A stretch of 64,000 nt of DNA from the NCBI GenBank assembly GCA_029259175.1, contig JAPDJH010000001.1:32001-96000 (forward strand), in the 5' to 3' direction. Source of the DNA: Hadesarchaea archaeon. Lineage in GTDB: Archaea; Hadarchaeota; Hadarchaeia; Hadarchaeales; Hadarchaeaceae. Position 1 is the first letter of the stretch, and every line of letters begins with the position of its first letter. This document shows, in pieces, positions 54,317-64,000 of this stretch. A program made the position numbers and the translations under genes. The notes below the pieces were generated by a model. The model did no database searches. It worked only from the letters and a program-made list of their open reading frames with translations, and was not told the DNA's origin.

Positions 54317-55090
54317 TTAAGGGTGTTCCGAACCTGTGATGTTTTTCTCGAGTTCCTCGGGCGGAGGAGCATCCACCCCCAATCTGCGAAAATAGCGTAC
54401 GAGGTTGCTCAGATCGCGACGCAAGTACTCGCGCGACATGGGGTTGCCGAGTTCCGTGCCCATTGAAAAATCGATGAGTACTGGATCCGGGGTAAGAAGC
54501 ACGTTGTACTCACTAAGATCGCTATGAACCAGTCGCGCGTCACGGTAGAGACGTGCAACAGCATCGAGCAGGATCTGATATGCTCGTTGGGGGTCCTCCG
54601 GTGCTGCGTCCTTCATACGGGGATATGGAACGCCTTCCTCTCCGAGGAACTCCATGGCCAACACGTTCTTCTCGCAATCGATGGGGCGCGGAACGGGAAC
54701 CCCCGCTTCATAGGCACGTTGCAAGTTCTTGAACTCTCGAGAAGTCCAAGCAAAGATTATGCGGCGGCGCTCGTGGGGGACACGAGCGTAGCGCGGATCT
54801 CCAGCAAGATAGCGATACATGCTCTTGAAATCCGTGGTGGCAATACGGTAGATCTTGAGCGCAACAAAGTTCCCGATTTGGTCGGCAGCGCAGAATACGT
54901 TGGCCTCCTTGCCGGTGGATACAGCGCCGTAAACAAACTCGAAGACCCCACGGTTCATCATGCGATAGAGAGTAAGCAAAGTAGAACTATCGAAAACACG
55001 AGCCATTATTTTGTAGATTTCGGCATCTTTCTCAAGGCGTTCTGGTTTATGGCGGTGAAGGGCTGCGAGAAGGGAATCGAGCTCCGACAT
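54317..55090 (-). CDS. rio1: RIO1 family Ser/Thr kinase
   Basis: STGKEANVF, KIYR, LVHSDLSEYN, IDF. Confidence 0.93.
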   Translation of the reverse strand: MSELDSLLAALHRHKPERLEKDAEIYKIMARVFDSSTLLTLYRMMNRGVFEFVYGAVSTGKEANVFCAADQIGNFVALKIYRIATTDFKSMYRYLAGDPRYARVPHERRRIIFAWTSREFKNLQRAYEAGVPVPRPIDCEKNVLAMEFLGEEGVPYPRMKDAAPEDPQRAYQILLDAVARLYRDARLVHSDLSEYNVLLTPDPVLIDFSMGTELGNPMSREYLRRDLSNLVRYFRRLGVDAPPPEELEKNITGSEHP

Positions 55091-55106
55091 AGTATCAAAT
55101 ATCGAT

Positions 55107-55403
55107 TTATTCCCAAAGCCCCTGTTTGCGCAACCACTCCAACTGAGTCATGGTGTACCGGAACACGATATCGGCCCGCTCCTCCCCCTGAACCGGCCAA
55201 GGCTTTACCACCACCACATCACCCTCACGAACCCACATCCGTTTTCGTAGCTTTCCCGGAATGCGACAATTGCGAATGCGTCCGTCCCTGCACCGCACTC
55301 GTACTCGATCAAATCCAAACATCTGATCAACGATGCCCAATATCTCTCCTTCCTGCGGGAGGTATAGCTTATCACTCTCTCCGGGCTTGAATTTCGGCAT
55401 CAC
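55107..55403 (-). CDS. eif1a: Translation initiation factor aIF-1A
   Basis: Cx[20 protein letters not shown]. Confidence 0.95.
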   Translation of the reverse strand: MMPKFKPGESDKLYLPQEGEILGIVDQMFGFDRVRVRCRDGRIRNCRIPGKLRKRMWVREGDVVVVKPWPVQGEERADIVFRYTMTQLEWLRKQGLWE

Positions 55404-56900
55404 TCATCCCCGCATCTGCCTATCCCAAAGCAAACGATTTACTCCATTCAGCATGGCCTGCACGCTCGCCATTATGATGTCGCCACTGATTCCTCGCGCC
55501 GTGACTATCCGCTTGCCGTCTGTGAGCTTTACCACCACGTCCACCACAGCATCGGTGCCACCAGAAATTGCATCTACATGATATTCCATCAACCGAATGT
55601 TGGAGATGCCTTCAACCACCTTGCGGATGGCGTTCATCGCCGCGTCCACCGGTCCTACACCTGTTCCAGACTCGACGACCTCACGATCCATGAAGCGGAC
55701 ACGTACGGAAGAAGTGGGGGTGATCTTGTTCCCGCTAACCACCGTGAGTTCTTCCAGCTTCACCAGATCTTTGAACTTGCGCCCCATGACCGAATCGATG
55801 ATTGCCCTCAGCTCGGTGTCCGTCACGGTCTTGCCTTGATCCCCGAGGCGTTTCACGCGCTGAAAGATCTCGAGCACCTGCTTGCGCGTTGGCTTGAAAC
55901 CCATTCGCTTCAGCTCACTCTCGATAGCATGAGTCCCCACGTGTTTGCCGAAAACGAGCTTGCGCTGCTGGCCCACCTCCTCCGGAGAGATGGGTTCGTA
56001 GGTAGAGGGGTGTTTTAGCACTCCATCCACGTGGATTCCCGCCTCATGAGCAAACGCGTTGTCTCCCACTAGCGGCTTCACGGGGGGTATGGGCAAACCA
56101 GTCAGACGCTCCACTAGCTTGGACACCGAATAGAGCTTCCGCGTCTTTATCCGTGTGCGCACCCCATAAAAATGCTTTAGAGACACAACAACTTCTTCCA
56201 ACGGTGCATTCCCACCACGCTCTCCCAGACCGTTGACTGTGGCATGGACCTCTCTCACACCCCCTAGAATCGCGGAGACCGTGTTAGCAGTCGCCATCCC
56301 AAAGTCGTTGTGGCAGTGAGCCGCTACCGGAATCTTCAGCATGCGAACGAAACGGGAATAGAACTCACGCGCTCGCTCGGGTGTGAGAATTCCAACAGTA
56401 TCACACAAACACGCCCGATGTGCTCCTCGCTCCTCCGCCTGCTTCATCAGGTCTAACAGAAACTTCTGATCACTCCGTGTTGCGTCCTCGGCCGAAAATT
56501 CCACTTTCAGCCCATGTTCAATCGCATACTCTAGTGTGGAGAGAGCCATCTGGACCACCTGGGCGCGCGTTTTCTTCAGCTTGTATCGAATATGAAGATC
56601 CGAAGTCGGAACCACCAAGTGCACACTGTCGACATCGCACCGTCTAGCCGCGTCCACGTCCTCCTTGGCAGCTCGGACAAAACTGCAGATTTCTGCCTTC
56701 AGACCAGCTTTAGAGATCAGCTTGATGGCTTTTCGCTCGCCCTCGGATGTGATCGCGGATCCGGCCTCGATTATGTCGACGCCTAGCGAATCGAGAGCTT
56801 GAGCGATCTCCAGCTTCTCTTCTGGAGTAAGGGCTAAGCCCGGTGTCTGCTCTCCGTCCCGCAGTGTCGTGTCAAGCACCACAACGCGCTGCTTGGCCAT
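55404..56900 (-). CDS. cimA: (R)-citramalate synthase
   Basis: DRE-TIM LRDGEQ and HCHND with CimA-type AGSAITS / CSFVR / VHLVVPTS; C-terminal regulatory domain. Confidence 0.8.
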   Translation of the reverse strand: MAKQRVVVLDTTLRDGEQTPGLALTPEEKLEIAQALDSLGVDIIEAGSAITSEGERKAIKLISKAGLKAEICSFVRAAKEDVDAARRCDVDSVHLVVPTSDLHIRYKLKKTRAQVVQMALSTLEYAIEHGLKVEFSAEDATRSDQKFLLDLMKQAEERGAHRACLCDTVGILTPERAREFYSRFVRMLKIPVAAHCHNDFGMATANTVSAILGGVREVHATVNGLGERGGNAPLEEVVVSLKHFYGVRTRIKTRKLYSVSKLVERLTGLPIPPVKPLVGDNAFAHEAGIHVDGVLKHPSTYEPISPEEVGQQRKLVFGKHVGTHAIESELKRMGFKPTRKQVLEIFQRVKRLGDQGKTVTDTELRAIIDSVMGRKFKDLVKLEELTVVSGNKITPTSSVRVRFMDREVVESGTGVGPVDAAMNAIRKVVEGISNIRLMEYHVDAISGGTDAVVDVVVKLTDGKRIVTARGISGDIIMASVQAMLNGVNRLLWDRQMRG

Positions 56901-56968
56901 CGGAACACCTTTCTACTATGGGGAAACTAGTTATTTAATGGCATCCAGTAAAGACTAAGGGGTCGTCC

Positions 56969-58519
56969 ATGAAGAAACCGAAGTTCATCGGAGATTATGT
57001 AAAGCTATCGGGAGAACTGCAGCACCTGCCAAGCCGGGTACGCATATTCGACACCACGCTCCGAGATGGCGAACAAACCCCTGGGGTCTCGCTGACAACC
57101 GAACAAAAGGTGATGATAGCCAGACAGCTAGACAAGCTGGGTGTGGACACTATCGAAGCAGGCATGCCCATAGTCTCGCCTGGAGAAAAACAAGCCGTGG
57201 AAAAAATCGCCAAAACGGGTTTAAATGCTGAGATATGTGCGCTTGCCCGCTGCGTAAAAGAAGACATTGATGCCGCTCTAGACTGTGACGTCGATGCGAT
57301 CCACGTTTTCATTGCCACGTCCGACATTCATCTGAAACACAAGCTGAAGCTCACCCGCGAGCAAGCGCTAGAACAGGCTGTACGTTTTGTTGAATATGCA
57401 AAGAAACATGGCGTCGTGGTTGAATTCTCAGCAGAGGATGCAACCCGTAGCGATGTGGAATATCTAAAAAAAGTATACCGAGCAACAGTAGAGGCTGGAG
57501 CTGATCGTGTCAACGTCCCCGATACCGTTGGTGTAATCACGCCCCGCGGAATGTACCACCTAGTGCGACAGATAAAAGAAGTCATCGACGTCCCGGTGAG
57601 TGTACACTGCCACAACGATCTCGGCCTAGCTGTTGCTAACTCGCTCGCCGGGGTGGAGGCCGGTGCCGAACAAGTTCATGTAACCGTAAATGGGCTGGGG
57701 GAGCGCGCTGGAAATGCCGCGCTGGAAGAGGTTGTGATGGGGCTCCGGATATTCTATGGACTCAAACCTAAAGTGCGCACAGAGTTGTTAGTAGAGACCT
57801 CCGACTTGGTAGAAAGACTGACCGGGGTGACCGTATCTCCCAACAAGGCAATAGTTGGTGACAATGCCTTTGCGCACGAATCCGGAATTCATGTCCACGG
57901 GGTCTTGGAATTTCCCGGAACGTACGAACCGCTCTCGCCCGAGCTTGTGGGGCACCACCGGCGGGTCGTGCTTGGAAAGCATGCCGGAGCCCGATCGGTG
58001 CGCAGCCAGCTGGAAGAAATGGGAATACGACCGACCAGCAAGCAACTGAAGCTCATAACTCAAAAAGTAAAAGAGCTCGGCGATAAGGGGAAAAAGGTCA
58101 CTGATGCGGATTTGCGAGCCATTGCCGAACACGTAATTGGGGCACTTCCGCCCGAGCAAAAAACAGTAGAGCTGAAGGAGATCACCGTCACGACGGGGAG
58201 CACCATTACTCCAACAGCCTCCGTTAGGCTTTCAATTAAAGGGGAAGAACGGGTTGGATCGGCTACAGGTGTTGGACCGGTCGATGCCGCGATTGGAGCC
58301 ATCCGAAATGTCATGAAAGAGATCTCCGGACTCCGGCTCAAGGAATACCACCTAGACGCGATCACCGGCGGGAGCGACGCGCTGGCGGAGGTGACGGTGA
58401 AGCTGGAGGACGAGCGAGGCAACCTCTACATCGCGAAGGGCGTGCGGGAGGACGTGGTGATCGCCAGCGTTGAGGCCATGATCAACGGGATTAACCGCTA
58501 TTTTGCAAGGCGGAAGTGA
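56969..58519 (+). CDS. leuA: 2-isopropylmalate synthase
   Basis: [27 protein letters not shown] and LeuA regulatory domain. Confidence 0.82.
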   Translation: MKKPKFIGDYVKLSGELQHLPSRVRIFDTTLRDGEQTPGVSLTTEQKVMIARQLDKLGVDTIEAGMPIVSPGEKQAVEKIAKTGLNAEICALARCVKEDIDAALDCDVDAIHVFIATSDIHLKHKLKLTREQALEQAVRFVEYAKKHGVVVEFSAEDATRSDVEYLKKVYRATVEAGADRVNVPDTVGVITPRGMYHLVRQIKEVIDVPVSVHCHNDLGLAVANSLAGVEAGAEQVHVTVNGLGERAGNAALEEVVMGLRIFYGLKPKVRTELLVETSDLVERLTGVTVSPNKAIVGDNAFAHESGIHVHGVLEFPGTYEPLSPELVGHHRRVVLGKHAGARSVRSQLEEMGIRPTSKQLKLITQKVKELGDKGKKVTDADLRAIAEHVIGALPPEQKTVELKEITVTTGSTITPTASVRLSIKGEERVGSATGVGPVDAAIGAIRNVMKEISGLRLKEYHLDAITGGSDALAEVTVKLEDERGNLYIAKGVREDVVIASVEAMINGINRYFARRK

Positions 58520-58615
58520 GTTTTTCACCGTTAGTAAACCCCCATCACGGATTGTACAGGAGTAAATGTTTAAACAACATATATTCACTAACTGAATTAT
58601 TCAGTAGGTGAATAA

Positions 58616-58708
58616 ATGCGATTCATCAACCGAAAAGCTGAGCTCAGAACCAAGAGTTCAATTCATACACATTTGGTACTTACAAGTCCCAAATATCTAA
58701 ATTTTTAG
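58616..58708 (+). pseudogene. N-terminal remnant of an archaeal ATPase gene
   Basis: SD AGGTGA, then MRFINRKAEL (typical F-x-N/D-R-x-x-E-L start), terminating after 30 codons. Confidence 0.45.
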
Positions 58709-58760
58709 GAACATATGAAGACCAAATACCAAATTTTTGGGAATGCTCTTAGTTGAACAA

Positions 58761-59357
58761 TCACCACCTCCCCGACACGTAGGGGTACTCCTCTTCGAGC
58801 CACTGGAGAGGATCCCACTCTGAGGGCAGACCAATATACTCGAGCCAATTGTTGCCCGGAATATGCTCCATGCCCCATCTGAGCAACTCAGCATTCACGT
58901 TAATCCAGTGATTATCGTTTTCAATGTAAATCACCGCGATTAACCTACCGTAATGATCGCGATAGGGGCCTTGCTCTCCGCTTTGAGCATCGTTCAGATC
59001 CAAATACACGATGGTGTTCGGCGGCAATAAATTCTCCAAGAACTGCTTTGCCTCGAATGCGCCATTTTCTGGTGGATCTGTCCACGTTTCCGGAGCATCG
59101 ATGCCACCACCGAATCGCACATGCTCTATGCTGTTTTTAGAGATATGCGCCGCCGGGTCTACACCCGCAAGCACTTCGAGTATCTGCACGCTCACCGTAT
59201 CTCCGTCAATCACAGAGTCTATCTGAGCAACTACCTCGAAATGAATCTCCTCGTTTTCAATTTTGTGAACCAAAATTATGTTACTGAACAAAACATAACC
59301 TACGAGGGAAAGCAAGATAAACACGCAACTCAACACAAGTCCTCGCATGCGTGTCAC
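58761..59357 (-). CDS. Secreted thermonuclease (SNase-like) family protein
   Basis: Signal/TM helix, VIDGDT, IDAPE, DHYGRL, NAELL. Confidence 0.88.
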   Translation of the reverse strand: MTRMRGLVLSCVFILLSLVGYVLFSNIILVHKIENEEIHFEVVAQIDSVIDGDTVSVQILEVLAGVDPAAHISKNSIEHVRFGGGIDAPETWTDPPENGAFEAKQFLENLLPPNTIVYLDLNDAQSGEQGPYRDHYGRLIAVIYIENDNHWINVNAELLRWGMEHIPGNNWLEYIGLPSEWDPLQWLEEEYPYVSGRW

Positions 59358-59409
59358 ACTCTAATTATAAGCACAACACTTAAACATCGAAGAAAGGCAT
59401 CTTAAACGG

Positions 59410-60525
59410 ATGAAGCATCTTCCGCTAGAAGAAGCCCACAAAGAAGCTGGTGCCCAATTCGTCGAGTTCGCAGGATGGTGGATGCCCATACAGTACTCTT
59501 CAATCAGTGAAGAACACATGGCTGTTCGGGAACATGCGGGGCTCTTCGACGTCAGCCACATGGGAGAATTTCTCATAACGGGACCTGGAGCACTAGAATT
59601 CTTGCAACACATAACGACTAACGATGTCTCTACGCTGAGTGAGGGTGGTGCACAATACTCCACCGTGCTCAACGATCGAGGGGGTGTGAAAGACGACGTG
59701 GTGATTTACCGCATGGGGAAAGCCAGATTCATGCTCGTGTGTAACGCTGTGAATGTAGAAAAACTGGAAAAATGGTTCATCGACCACTGCCCCAGCAATG
59801 TGGAGATCAAAAACATATCAGAATCAACAGTCCTGCTAGCGCTTCAAGGTCCAAAAGCCCAACAAATTTTGGAGTCACTCACCCCTGCTGATTTGCGGGC
59901 TATACGGCGCTTTAACGGTGCGTGGATCGAAGTGGCAGGGACACAGTGCTGGGTCAGCCGCACCGGGTACACCGGAGAAGACGGGTTCGAAATATTCTTT
60001 GTGGATATGAAGGATCTCGAGCCTGCGGTAAAGACTTGGAAAACCCTGCTCAGTGCTGGGGAGAAACTGGGACTCAAGCCCTGTGGCCTCGGTGCCCGCG
60101 ACACTACCCGGATCGAGGCAGGATTGTGTCTCTATGGAAACGAACTCACAGAAGACACCACGCCACTTGAAGCCCGTATTTCATTCGTGGTAAAGTTTGA
60201 GAAATCCGATTTCATCGGAAAAAACGCCTTGCTTCAACGGAAACAGCAAGGATTACGAAAAGTACGGGTTGGATTGCGCATGTTGGATCCGGGGATTCCG
60301 CGAAAAGGCATGAAAGTCTTAAGCCAAGGAGAACCGATCGGCACCATCACATCAGGGACATTTTCCCCGTTGCTCAAGCAAGGAATAGCGATGGGTTATG
60401 TGCCGCCCAACTTCGATTTTGGCCAACAAGTAGAAATAGAGATCCACGGGCGCCCGAGACGCGCAGAACTGGTAAAATGGCCTTTTTATGACAAGAAAAG
60501 ATACGGATGGACGAGGGAAGGATAG
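59410..60525 (+). CDS. gcvT: Glycine cleavage system aminomethyltransferase T
   Basis: FAGWWMP, FDVSHMGE, RTGYTGEDGFE, GLGARD. Confidence 0.95.
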   Translation: MKHLPLEEAHKEAGAQFVEFAGWWMPIQYSSISEEHMAVREHAGLFDVSHMGEFLITGPGALEFLQHITTNDVSTLSEGGAQYSTVLNDRGGVKDDVVIYRMGKARFMLVCNAVNVEKLEKWFIDHCPSNVEIKNISESTVLLALQGPKAQQILESLTPADLRAIRRFNGAWIEVAGTQCWVSRTGYTGEDGFEIFFVDMKDLEPAVKTWKTLLSAGEKLGLKPCGLGARDTTRIEAGLCLYGNELTEDTTPLEARISFVVKFEKSDFIGKNALLQRKQQGLRKVRVGLRMLDPGIPRKGMKVLSQGEPIGTITSGTFSPLLKQGIAMGYVPPNFDFGQQVEIEIHGRPRRAELVKWPFYDKKRYGWTREG

Positions 60526-61611
60526 ATGGGAGGAGTTTTCAGAGATCTTGAAGACGGGGTAATAAAACGGGGTTTCTGTTTGGGCTGCGGTGCATGCGTT
60601 GCAGCGTGTCCAGTGCAGTGCCTTTCGCTTCAGGATGGAACACCCACTCTGCAGGGCAAGTGCATAAACTGTGGAGTATGCTACGAGGAGTGCCTCCACA
60701 CAGCCGGGTTCGATAGGGTGGGCAAGCAATGGAAAGTAGAAATGACAGATCCAGATCTGGGACCCTATCTCTCCATTCACATAGCAGAATCTCCAGAAAA
60801 GGCTGTCAAAGAGCGGGCGCAGGACGGCGGAGCGGTCACTGCCATGCTCAAGACCCTCCTGGAATACGAATATGTCGACGGAGCGATCGTCACGGGTGTG
60901 GGTGCCAAACCGCTACAGCCAGAGGGCAAAGTAGTCACCACGCCAGACGAAGTGGAAGAGTACGCGGGAAGCAAGTACTGCCGCGGCCCACTCTTTACAG
61001 CGGTCAGAGAGGCCGTGAAGCACTATGGGCGTTCGCGGCTCGCCTTGGTGGGACTGCCATGCCAGATAGCCACACTAAGACGAATCCAAACATCGAACCC
61101 GACCAACAGACAATTGGCAGAATCTGTAAAGTTAGCAATAGGGTTGTTCTGCGAGGGGGCTTTTCAATACCGCTTCTTTAGAGAAGTTGTTGAGGGACAA
61201 GCGCGCATACCCTTGGCCGAGGTCGAACGTGTCGAAGTCTCCGGGGACAAGGTTATAGTGTACCGGATGCAAAAGCCGCCTCGCGAAATCGCGCTCGCTA
61301 TCGCGAAAAAATACATAGATCTCGCATGTAGAGTATGCACGGACTTCTCGGCGGTGCTAGCAGACATCTCGGTCGGTGCCGCCGGATCACCCAAAGGAAA
61401 GTCCACGGTAATCATCCGAACGAATGCCGGTGCTGACGCGTTCAATTTTGTCGCTCGTATGAACGGGATCAAGACAAAACCGCTCGAGGTAGGTTCGGGA
61501 GGAATCGAAGAAATCCGAAAAGCCAGTCAGCGAAAGAAAGACGGGGCAAAACGCACTTTGGAGCGCCTACGTGCTTCAAAACAACCCGTTCCTCTCTGGG
61601 CCGAAAGCTAA
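60526..61611 (+). CDS. FrhB/FdhB-family F420-binding subunit with N-terminal 2[4Fe-4S] ferredoxin
   Basis: CxxCxxCxxxCP, QDGGAVT, GSKY, GLPCQ, IGLFC, CxxCxD, ADISVG. Confidence 0.9.
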   Translation: MGGVFRDLEDGVIKRGFCLGCGACVAACPVQCLSLQDGTPTLQGKCINCGVCYEECLHTAGFDRVGKQWKVEMTDPDLGPYLSIHIAESPEKAVKERAQDGGAVTAMLKTLLEYEYVDGAIVTGVGAKPLQPEGKVVTTPDEVEEYAGSKYCRGPLFTAVREAVKHYGRSRLALVGLPCQIATLRRIQTSNPTNRQLAESVKLAIGLFCEGAFQYRFFREVVEGQARIPLAEVERVEVSGDKVIVYRMQKPPREIALAIAKKYIDLACRVCTDFSAVLADISVGAAGSPKGKSTVIIRTNAGADAFNFVARMNGIKTKPLEVGSGGIEEIRKASQRKKDGAKRTLERLRASKQPVPLWAES

Positions 61612-62573
61612 GCCGACAAAAGGGATGCGCGCTCGAGCACGGCTTTGGGATCAGGGCCGATCGGCGAACCAATAACAGCTGTGGAGAACCCAAGCTTCCG
61701 GACTTCCTCTAAACGAGATTCCAAGTCGGAAAAAGAACCACAAACGGAAAAAGCTTCGATCATGCGGGGAGAAACCGCCTCCCTTGCTTTCTGTATCTCT
61801 CCGCTTCTGAGCCATTTGCGCACCGCTTCCACATCATCTGGTGAAATACCGTGATACTCTAACGAGTCATCCGGAGCTGAGGCGGCAATGAACGCCACTA
61901 TTCCTCGAACCATCCGGCGCGCACGATCCAGGTCGCTGCCAACGGAGACCGCAAGATAAGCCACGGTGTCGAATTCAGGAGATGAAGTACTGCCTCGGAT
62001 CTGGACACGAGCATCGTGAAGATCGTGGGGATGCGAAGCGTTTATTAGCACCCCATCTCCGATGCGCGCTGCCAACTGTAGTATCCGCGGCCGTCTTCCT
62101 CCGACATACACTGGAATGCGATCGGGGGGAGTGAAGCGCAGTTTAGCTTGGTGACATGTGAAAAGCGCGCCCTTAAAGTCGAAGGGCTCGCCCGACCACA
62201 ATCCGCGAGCGATCTCCACAGCCTCCCGAACGGCTGTGATAGGCTTGTGATGCCGAACCCCTAGCGTTAACAGGAAAAAGGGGTCGCCAGCCGAGATGCC
62301 AAGAGCAGCACGGCCTTTGGAAAGCTCCTGTAGGGTTGCTACCGCTGCTGCCGTCACAGCTGGGTGGACTAAATACGGATTGGTGACTCCCGGGCCCAGC
62401 TGGATTCGCGACGTGGCTAGTGCGATCTGACTGAGAGCTATGAAAACTGAGCGGTTATGGTAGTGATCGCACACCCACAACTGATGGTAGCCGAGTTCCT
62501 CCACCAGCTTCGCGATCTCAACCATTCGGTCAAGCGAGATGTACGGAACCAGTTCAACACCAAGCCGCATCAT
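61608..62573 (-). CDS. mer: F420-dependent methylene-H4MPT reductase (LLM family)
   Basis: GVELVP, DHYHNR, GPGVTNPY, LINASHP, GSPIGP. Confidence 0.85.
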   Translation of the reverse strand: MMRLGVELVPYISLDRMVEIAKLVEELGYHQLWVCDHYHNRSVFIALSQIALATSRIQLGPGVTNPYLVHPAVTAAAVATLQELSKGRAALGISAGDPFFLLTLGVRHHKPITAVREAVEIARGLWSGEPFDFKGALFTCHQAKLRFTPPDRIPVYVGGRRPRILQLAARIGDGVLINASHPHDLHDARVQIRGSTSSPEFDTVAYLAVSVGSDLDRARRMVRGIVAFIAASAPDDSLEYHGISPDDVEAVRKWLRSGEIQKAREAVSPRMIEAFSVCGSFSDLESRLEEVRKLGFSTAVIGSPIGPDPKAVLERASLLSA

Positions 62574-62613
62574 CTCCTCTATAAACAGAGAGAGTAAAAG
62601 ACTGGTGGTAGAG

Positions 62614-63354
62614 ATGGAAATCATCCCGGTTCATATGGACAAAAAAATTAGACCCGGCGACGACTTGCCGAGCACTGTGGTGAACGCATTGCGCAACTCC
62701 GGGATAAAACTACGAGATGGAGATGTGATTGCTGTTGCTCAAAGTGTTGTCTCGAAAGCCGAGGGGAGAATAGTTAAACTAAGGGATGTGCGCCCAAGCA
62801 AAAAAGCAAAACGAATTGCTAAAAAAGTGGGAAAAGACCCCCGCGAGGTAGAGATCATCCTGAGAGAATCCGCAAGACTGGTTCGGGTGGCGCACGTTCT
62901 CATTGCACAGACCAAACACGGGTTCGTGTGTGGAAACGCTGGAGTGGATCGGTCCAACGCGCCTCCAGGATGTGTGACCCTGCTGCCCTCCGACCCGGAT
63001 TGGTGGGCAGAAAAAATCCGTGAAAGAATCCAACGCGACACGGGAGCAAGGGTGGCGGTTGTGATAACGGATTCCCAAGGACGACCATTCAGAATGGGAG
63101 CAGTCGGATATGCCATCGGAGTTGCCGGAATGAAACCTCTTATGGACTTGAAAGGCAAGAAAGATCTCTACGGGAGAAAGCTGAGATCCACCATCGTGTG
63201 TCCCGCAGATGCTCTAGCCGCCGCCGCTGTTTTGGTGATGGGTGAAGGAGGAGAAAAGATTCCTATAATAGTGATCAGAGGAGCGCCTTACAAGCGGGGA
63301 GAGGGAAAAATCAAGGAACTGCTGAGACCACGCGAACGAGACCTGTTTTTATAA
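62614..63354 (+). CDS. cofE: Coenzyme F420-0:L-glutamate ligase
   Basis: VSKAEG, NAGVDRSN, DSQGRPFR, DLYGR. Confidence 0.93.
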   Translation: MEIIPVHMDKKIRPGDDLPSTVVNALRNSGIKLRDGDVIAVAQSVVSKAEGRIVKLRDVRPSKKAKRIAKKVGKDPREVEIILRESARLVRVAHVLIAQTKHGFVCGNAGVDRSNAPPGCVTLLPSDPDWWAEKIRERIQRDTGARVAVVITDSQGRPFRMGAVGYAIGVAGMKPLMDLKGKKDLYGRKLRSTIVCPADALAAAAVLVMGEGGEKIPIIVIRGAPYKRGEGKIKELLRPRERDLFL

Positions 63355-63355
63355 T

Positions 63356-64000
63356 TTAGCCAATCACTTCCGCTAGGGCTTTGAGCATTTCTTCGATATC
63401 TTCCCACTGAATATAGCCCATGTTCCCAATGCGAAAAGTACGCTCCTTTACCTCTCCATAACCTTTTGCCAACTCGAATCCGCGCTCCCGCATTCGCTCG
63501 TAGATCTCGATCCCACTCATCCCCTCCGGAGCGTTGACACATGTGACGGTAGGGCTTTCGTATCCCTTGCGGGGAAAGAGTGTTAGGTCCAGCTCCTTGA
63601 TTCCCTCGCGTATCCGCTCGCTTCGCTTACGATAGAGTTCCAAGCGCGCCTCCTTCCCTCCCTCTTTCTCAATAATCTCCAGCTCTTTGCGCAGAGCTGC
63701 AATTTGTGGAATGGGTGGCGTCATGTGAGTGCTCCACTCTCGCTGTTGATAGCGCTCATAAAGTTTAAAGTCGAAATACCATCCCTTATTCGTAGCTTGC
63801 TCCGAAAGCCTCAAAGCCTCGTCGCTAACGCTCGCCACTGCCAAACCGGGCGGAATCCCAAAACATTTCTGAGAACTGGAAAAGCAAACGTCTATTCCCC
63901 ACTCATCCACTTTGATCTCTGCACCGCCCATAGCGCTCACGGCGTCCACAAAAAGCAGCTTACCGTGGGACTTCACGACCTCCGCTAGCTGTGGCAGAGG
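63356..64000 (-). CDS. Class V PLP-dependent aminotransferase (serine-pyruvate/alanine-glyoxylate type), 5' end outside the window
   Basis: VDAVS, SSQKCFGIPPGL (PLP lysine), FRIGNMG. Confidence 0.9.
   Translation of the reverse strand, partial: PLPQLAEVVKSHGKLLFVDAVSAMGGAEIKVDEWGIDVCFSSSQKCFGIPPGLAVASVSDEALRLSEQATNKGWYFDFKLYERYQQREWSTHMTPPIPQIAALRKELEIIEKEGGKEARLELYRKRSERIREGIKELDLTLFPRKGYESPTVTCVNAPEGMSGIEIYERMRERGFELAKGYGEVKERTFRIGNMGYIQWEDIEEMLKALAEVIG

Overview
This window is a gene-dense, moderately GC-rich archaeal chromosome segment. Unsplit rpoB, split rpoA'/A'', Fe-S-containing Rpo3, CimA/LeuA, Mer/CofE and a Thermococcus/Methanococcus-like Tad pilus locus suggest a basal euryarchaeote such as Hadarchaeota; that placement is inference. 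Core content: a complete archaeal aromatic amino-acid cluster in two divergent operons, the rps13-rps4-rps11-rpoD and rpoH-B-A'-A''-rpl30e-nusA-rps12-rps7-tuf-rps10 operons, four tRNAs (Asn with an intron, Leu, Ser, Lys), TBP, a large class III signal-peptide pilin/TadABC locus, TA modules, and a gcvT-frhB-like/mer/cofE C1-F420 cluster. The most notable unexplained signals are: (1) five copies of a 16-bp palindrome between the divergent aro promoters, with a chorismate mutase-HTH-ACT fusion that appears to start at ATA as candidate regulator; (2) a DUF3800-like RNase H-fold gene with a convergent, promoter-bearing hairpin ncRNA candidate in an islet at tRNA-Ser; (3) a tRNA-Asn intron carrying a box C/D kink-turn; (4) a second EF-1alpha coupled to a membrane protein, with gene-conversion-like tracts; (5) tandem apparent pseudoenzymes (ThiI-like, EPSPS-like); (6) a stand-alone CARF-like protein. 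All family calls come from motif recognition by eye, not database searches.
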